DNA of 34,356 nt. Origin: Thermodesulfobacteriota bacterium. GTDB taxonomy: Bacteria; Desulfobacterota; Desulfobulbia; Desulfobulbales; DAOVYS01. The translations under genes were made by a program, and so were the position numbers. Location of the stretch: NCBI GenBank assembly GCA_034659175.1, contig JAYEGR010000028.1, positions 13,156 to 47,511 of the forward strand, read 5' to 3'. The notes beneath the pieces are model-generated. The model did not search any database, was not told the DNA's origin, and saw only the letters and a program-made list of their open reading frames with translations. Shown one piece after another: positions 30,631 through 34,356 of the stretch (the stretch's first letter is position 1; the number at the start of each line of letters is the position of its first letter).

Positions 30631-30764
30631 ACTTAGTGCCTTAGTGGTAATTTTCTTGTTTTTTGTGGCAGAAAAACTCCGTGCTTATTTGTAACGCCCG
30701 CGGTGCCACATGTTTTAAGGCACTTATCCAGGACCTTTAAAAATTTCCAGTTTATCCGCGTTAG
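30631..30764 (-). repeat. Repeat family F, copy 3 (no micro-insertions)
   Basis: Reverse complement TAACGCGGATAAACTGGAAATTTTTAAAGGTCCTGGATAAGTGCCTTA...GCCACAAAAAACAAGAAAATTACCACTAAGGCACTAAGT. Confidence 0.88.
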
Positions 30765-30929
30765 CCGTGTCGATCCTTTAAACAACTATTAACGCTTATA
30801 CGAATAATAATAAAATTTACTGATAACAGCTAATGGATTATGACAACAACGCAATAGGTGTATGTCCAATGAATCAGCAGAGTTTTCCCACTAATCAGCA
30901 ATAAACCTGGAAATCATGTCAATAAGAAA

Positions 30930-31006
30930 TGGCAGGCCAGGAGGGAGTCGAACCCCCAGCATCCGGATTTGGAGTCCGGCGCTCTGCCAATTAGAGCTAC
31001 TGGCCT
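30930..31006 (-). tRNA. tRNA-Trp (CCA)
   Basis: Cloverleaf; anticodon arm CCGGA-CTCCAAA-TCCGG; encoded CCA end. Confidence 0.97.
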
Positions 31007-31018
31007 ACCCTATCAGAT

Positions 31019-31168
31019 TTATTTCGTTTCCTTGTGGAGGGTGTGAGTTTTACAAAAACGGCAGTACTTCTTGAATTCAAGTTTCTGCGGAGTCAGCCGT
31101 TTATTCTTGGTAGTCGTATAGTTTCTACGTTTGCATTCCGTGCATCCTAAGGTAATTATAGTTCTCAT
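31019..31168 (-). CDS. rpmG: 50S ribosomal protein L33 (zinc-binding type)
   Basis: Manual translation [49 protein letters not shown] (49 aa). Confidence 0.97.
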   Translation of the reverse strand: MRTIITLGCTECKRRNYTTTKNKRLTPQKLEFKKYCRFCKTHTLHKETK

Positions 31169-31213
31169 GCCAATATCCTCGGGCCGGCAAAGCCGAACTG
31201 ATCTTTGACCATT

Positions 31214-32404
31214 TTATTCAATAATTTCGTTAATCACGCCGGCGCCTACTGTGCGTCCGCCTTCGCGTATTGCAAAACGAAGTTCCTTTTCCATGGCGAT
31301 CGGCGTGATCAGCGCACCTTCTATGGTCACGTTGTCGCCGGGCATTACCATCTCTACCCCTTCGGGAAGCGTTACTATGCCCGTAACGTCTGTTGTACGA
31401 AAATAGAACTGTGGACGATAACCGTTAAAAAACGGGGTGTGACGTCCGCCTTCTTTCTGGCTCAGTATGTAGCACTCAGCCTTGAACTTCGTGTGCGGCG
31501 TGATGCTTTTCGGCTTGGCCAGTACCTGCCCCCGCTCTATCTCATCACGCTTGACCCCGCGAAGCAGAACGCCAACATTATCGCCTGCCTCGCCACGATC
31601 CAGGATCTTACGAAACATTTCGACCCCGGTTACCGTGGTCTTCTCGGTATCCTTTATCCCTACGATCTCAACCTCTTCGCCTACTTTTATTACGCCCCGC
31701 TCTATCCTGCCCGTTGCAACCGTGCCACGGCCGGAGATAGAAAAAACGTCCTCCACCGGCATCAAAAAGGGCTTGTCTATATCTCGCTCAGGCTGAGGAA
31801 TAAAAGAGTCTACCGCATCCATCAGCTCAAAGATGCACTTGTTGGCTTCCTCATCTTCCGGGTTTTCAAGCGCCTTTAAAGCGCTTCCGGTAATGATCGG
31901 AGTGTCGTCGCCCGGAAAATCGTATGAGCTTAAGAGTTCCCGAAGCTCCATGTCCACGAGTTCGATAAGTTCTTCGTCGTCAACCATGTCGCATTTGTTC
32001 AAAAATACGACTATTGCGGGAACGCCTACCTGACGGGCCAAAAGAATATGCTCACGTGTCTGGGGCATGGCGCCGTCATCTGCGCCCACAACCAGGATGG
32101 CGCCGTCCATCTGGGCGGCCCCGGTGATCATGTTCTTGATATAGTCCGCATGACCGGGACAGTCCACATGCGCATAATGACGTTTTTCAGTCTCATATTC
32201 AACATGTGCTGTTGCGATTGTTATTCCACGTTCCTTTTCCTCAGGCGCCTTGTCAATGTCGTCAAACGCAGTGAATTCCGCTAATCCCTTATAGGACAAC
32301 ACCCTGGTTATTGCCGCGGTCAACGTGGTCTTCCCATGGTCAATGTGACCTACAGTCCCAATATTCACATGCGGTTTGGTTCGTTCATATTTTTCCTTTG
32401 CCAT
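31214..32404 (-). CDS. tuf: Elongation factor Tu (tRNA-operon copy)
   Basis: Near-identical to 12258-13448; ATG at 32404 with GAGGAG RBS. Confidence 0.99.
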   Translation of the reverse strand: MAKEKYERTKPHVNIGTVGHIDHGKTTLTAAITRVLSYKGLAEFTAFDDIDKAPEEKERGITIATAHVEYETEKRHYAHVDCPGHADYIKNMITGAAQMDGAILVVGADDGAMPQTREHILLARQVGVPAIVVFLNKCDMVDDEELIELVDMELRELLSSYDFPGDDTPIITGSALKALENPEDEEANKCIFELMDAVDSFIPQPERDIDKPFLMPVEDVFSISGRGTVATGRIERGVIKVGEEVEIVGIKDTEKTTVTGVEMFRKILDRGEAGDNVGVLLRGVKRDEIERGQVLAKPKSITPHTKFKAECYILSQKEGGRHTPFFNGYRPQFYFRTTDVTGIVTLPEGVEMVMPGDNVTIEGALITPIAMEKELRFAIREGGRTVGAGVINEIIE

Positions 32405-32521
32405 GTTTATTCTCCTCAAGCCGAAATAGCGCCCTTCCTTAACAGGAGGAACATAAGATAAAAACAAACATAATTATCCTGGGTAATTATCCTGCAAACA
32501 AAAAAACTGTTTATTTATTTC

Positions 32522-32597
<76 letters not shown>

Positions 32598-32611
32598 AAT
32601 CAGCATGATGA

Positions 32612-32687
32612 TGGAGCGGGAAACGGGTCTCGAACCCGCAACCCTCAGCTTGGAAGGCTGATGCTCTACCAATTGAGCTATTCCCGC
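32612..32687 (-). tRNA. tRNA-Gly (TCC)
   Basis: Anticodon arm TCAGC-CTTCCAA-GCTGA; CCA end. Confidence 0.97.
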
Positions 32688-32743
32688 CATGTTAAAAAAA
32701 ATTGTAAATGGTAAGGATTACATGCATCTGTGATCGGTTATGT

Positions 32744-32828
32744 TGGTGGAGGGGGGAGGATTTGAACCTCCGAAGGCGTCGCCGACAGATTTACAGTCTG
32801 TTCCCTTTGACCACTCGGGAACCCCTCC
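32744..32828 (-). tRNA. tRNA-Tyr (GTA)
   Basis: Anticodon arm ACAGA-CTGTAAA-TCTGT; long variable arm; CCA end. Confidence 0.97.
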
Positions 32829-32921
32829 ACATAATAAAAAAATTCTTTACAGCCTGGAATTTTACAGGTCGGAATATCAGAATTTACGTCCTCTAATCGA
32901 TCTGAAAATGGCGTTCACTCC

Positions 32922-32997
32922 TGGAGCTGGCGATGGGACTTGAACCCGCAACCTGCTGATTACAAATCAGCTGCTCTGCCAATTGAGCTACGCCAGC
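32922..32997 (-). tRNA. tRNA-Thr (TGT)
   Basis: Anticodon arm GCTGA-TTTGTAA-TCAGC; CCA end. Confidence 0.97.
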
Positions 32998-33007
32998 GAA
33001 ACGTGAG

Positions 33008-33036
33008 ATACTAACCGATTTCCAGCCATACATCAA
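33008..33036 (-). promoter_or_regulatory. Sigma70-type promoter of the tRNA-tuf operon
   Basis: TTGATG-17 nt-TAGTAT, 10 nt upstream of the first tRNA, with AT-rich sequence upstream. Confidence 0.7.
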
Positions 33037-33060
33037 TACAATATTTCCAATTTAAAGCAA

Positions 33061-33098
33061 ACAAACAAAAAGCGGCACTGCAGTTAAGCAGTGCCGCT
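33061..33098 (-). terminator. Intrinsic terminator after qmoC
   Basis: Perfect 11-bp stem AGCGGCACTGC / GCAGTGCCGCT followed by TTTTGTTTGT on the minus strand. Confidence 0.85.
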
Positions 33099-33160
33099 AT
33101 ATTATCAGACAGGTCTTTTTTTGCCTTGTGGAAGTTATTTCCTTCCCATACCTTAGGATC

Positions 33161-34356
33161 TTAGGCTTGTTTTTGTATCACAAAACCGCTCTCCCTGTAC
33201 TTTTCAAATGCCATGGCGGCAGTCCGGTATATGAGATGAGCAAATTTTGTGTAAGGCATGTAAAGGAACAGCATCAGAACTGACACAAGATGCATGTAAT
33301 AGAAGACATAGGCCAATCCTGGAACGCAGGCCAGCCTCGCAACCTCGGCGCCGATTCCGGTTATGCCGACGACAGCGATTTCCACGATCAGGAACCAATC
33401 GTAAAAGGTCCCTGCAGTCCCGGCTTCTTTTTCCGACTTTATCCTGTTAGTCCACAGAACCATGATGCCGAAAATAAAGGCTATTGCGCTTATGTTTGCC
33501 AGCAATTTGAACGGATCCATCAGCGGGATGGGACCGTGCAGGCTTGGAATAAAGATACCGACAAAATCTTTCCGCACAAGCGAATAAACCGTAACGGTTA
33601 GAAGACCGATAAAAGAGTACAAAAGCGGCAGATGACCGCGCACCCGGTCTAAATTGGTTCCACACTGTTCAAAACGTTTGTGCTGAACAATCTCAACAAC
33701 AGCCGGCCAGATAAAGTCCACCACGTACTGATAAATGGAAGGCTTGAAATCCTCATTCTCCTCAATCCCCTCCGACATTTTCTTCCACATGGCTGAAACG
33801 CCCCTATATGAAGCATAAACTGCAAAGAAAAAGACGGGAACAAAAATTATGTCAATAAAAAAAACATTTTTTGACAACCAGGGCCAGTCCCAGTGACCGA
33901 AAAAGTGACCAAAACCGACTGCCTTAAAGGTTTCCGCGTCAGGAATATGAAAACCACCGGATACCAACAGGGCAACCAGAAGAAGAAAAGCGGGACCGCC
34001 AATCAGCACGGGCAGATTTTTTGCGCTTGTAGCCAACCTGGCAAGTTCTTTGGGAAAGCCGTAATGGGTGTAAACATATGCCCGAATCGCGCCCAGTACC
34101 TCACCAGGCTTGGCACCCCTGGGACAATAAGCGGTGCAATCACCGCAGTGATGGCATAGAAAGACATCAGGATCAGCAATCAGCCGGTCCTTCATGCCCC
34201 ACTGTGCCCAGATCATTTCCTTCCTGGGGAACGGTTTCTCATCCGTTGCCAGAGGACAGACCGCTGAACAGGTCGCACACTGATAACACTTTTTCAAGGT
34301 GTCGCCCCCGGCGCTCTTCAGATATCGAATAAATTCCATATCCGGTTCTACTTTTA
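33161..34356 (-). CDS. qmoC: Quinone-interacting membrane-bound oxidoreductase subunit C (probably 5'-truncated)
   Basis: Two 4Fe-4S motifs (CYQCATCSAVCP, CHHCGDCTAYCP), PFPRKEMIWAQWG, a transmembrane cytochrome b-like domain ending LPY/MPYTKFAH-type; frame stays open to the window edge (...KVEPDMEF). Confidence 0.88.
   Translation of the reverse strand, partial: KVEPDMEFIRYLKSAGGDTLKKCYQCATCSAVCPLATDEKPFPRKEMIWAQWGMKDRLIADPDVFLCHHCGDCTAYCPRGAKPGEVLGAIRAYVYTHYGFPKELARLATSAKNLPVLIGGPAFLLLVALLVSGGFHIPDAETFKAVGFGHFFGHWDWPWLSKNVFFIDIIFVPVFFFAVYASYRGVSAMWKKMSEGIEENEDFKPSIYQYVVDFIWPAVVEIVQHKRFEQCGTNLDRVRGHLPLLYSFIGLLTVTVYSLVRKDFVGIFIPSLHGPIPLMDPFKLLANISAIAFIFGIMVLWTNRIKSEKEAGTAGTFYDWFLIVEIAVVGITGIGAEVARLACVPGLAYVFYYMHLVSVLMLFLYMPYTKFAHLIYRTAAMAFEKYRESGFVIQKQA

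Noticed and set aside
30917-30922. TTGACA on the minus strand upstream of secE
   Set aside because: No acceptable -10 hexamer at 16-18 nt spacing.

Overview
This is a core 'informational' locus, entirely on the minus strand. The host is most likely a sulfate-reducing Desulfobacterota member (Desulfobulbales-like, inferred from qmoC). Read in the direction of transcription (right to left), it contains a 5'-truncated qmoC, tRNA-Thr/Tyr/Gly/Thr, tuf, rpmG, tRNA-Trp, secE, nusG, rplKAJL, rpoBC, rpsLG, fusA, a second tuf, the full S10 and spc ribosomal protein clusters, and secY (cut off by the window edge). Gene content and order are ordinary. The intergenic DNA is not: spacers normally tens of bases long are swollen to 80-700 bp by a nested set of non-coding elements. 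These are (i) GTAA-ended MITEs with perfect 8-bp target duplications (IS66-like) and an unusual three-end layout with a 48-bp tail; (ii) two GGG-ended MITE families with TTA duplications; (iii) heptamer-based palindromes; and (iv) 26-27-nt micro-insertions ending in GGGGT that sit inside the other repeats. For (iv), filled and empty sites can be compared within this window, and they resemble the small dispersed repeats described in cyanobacteria. No transposase or other mobilising enzyme is encoded here. All alignments were done by eye.
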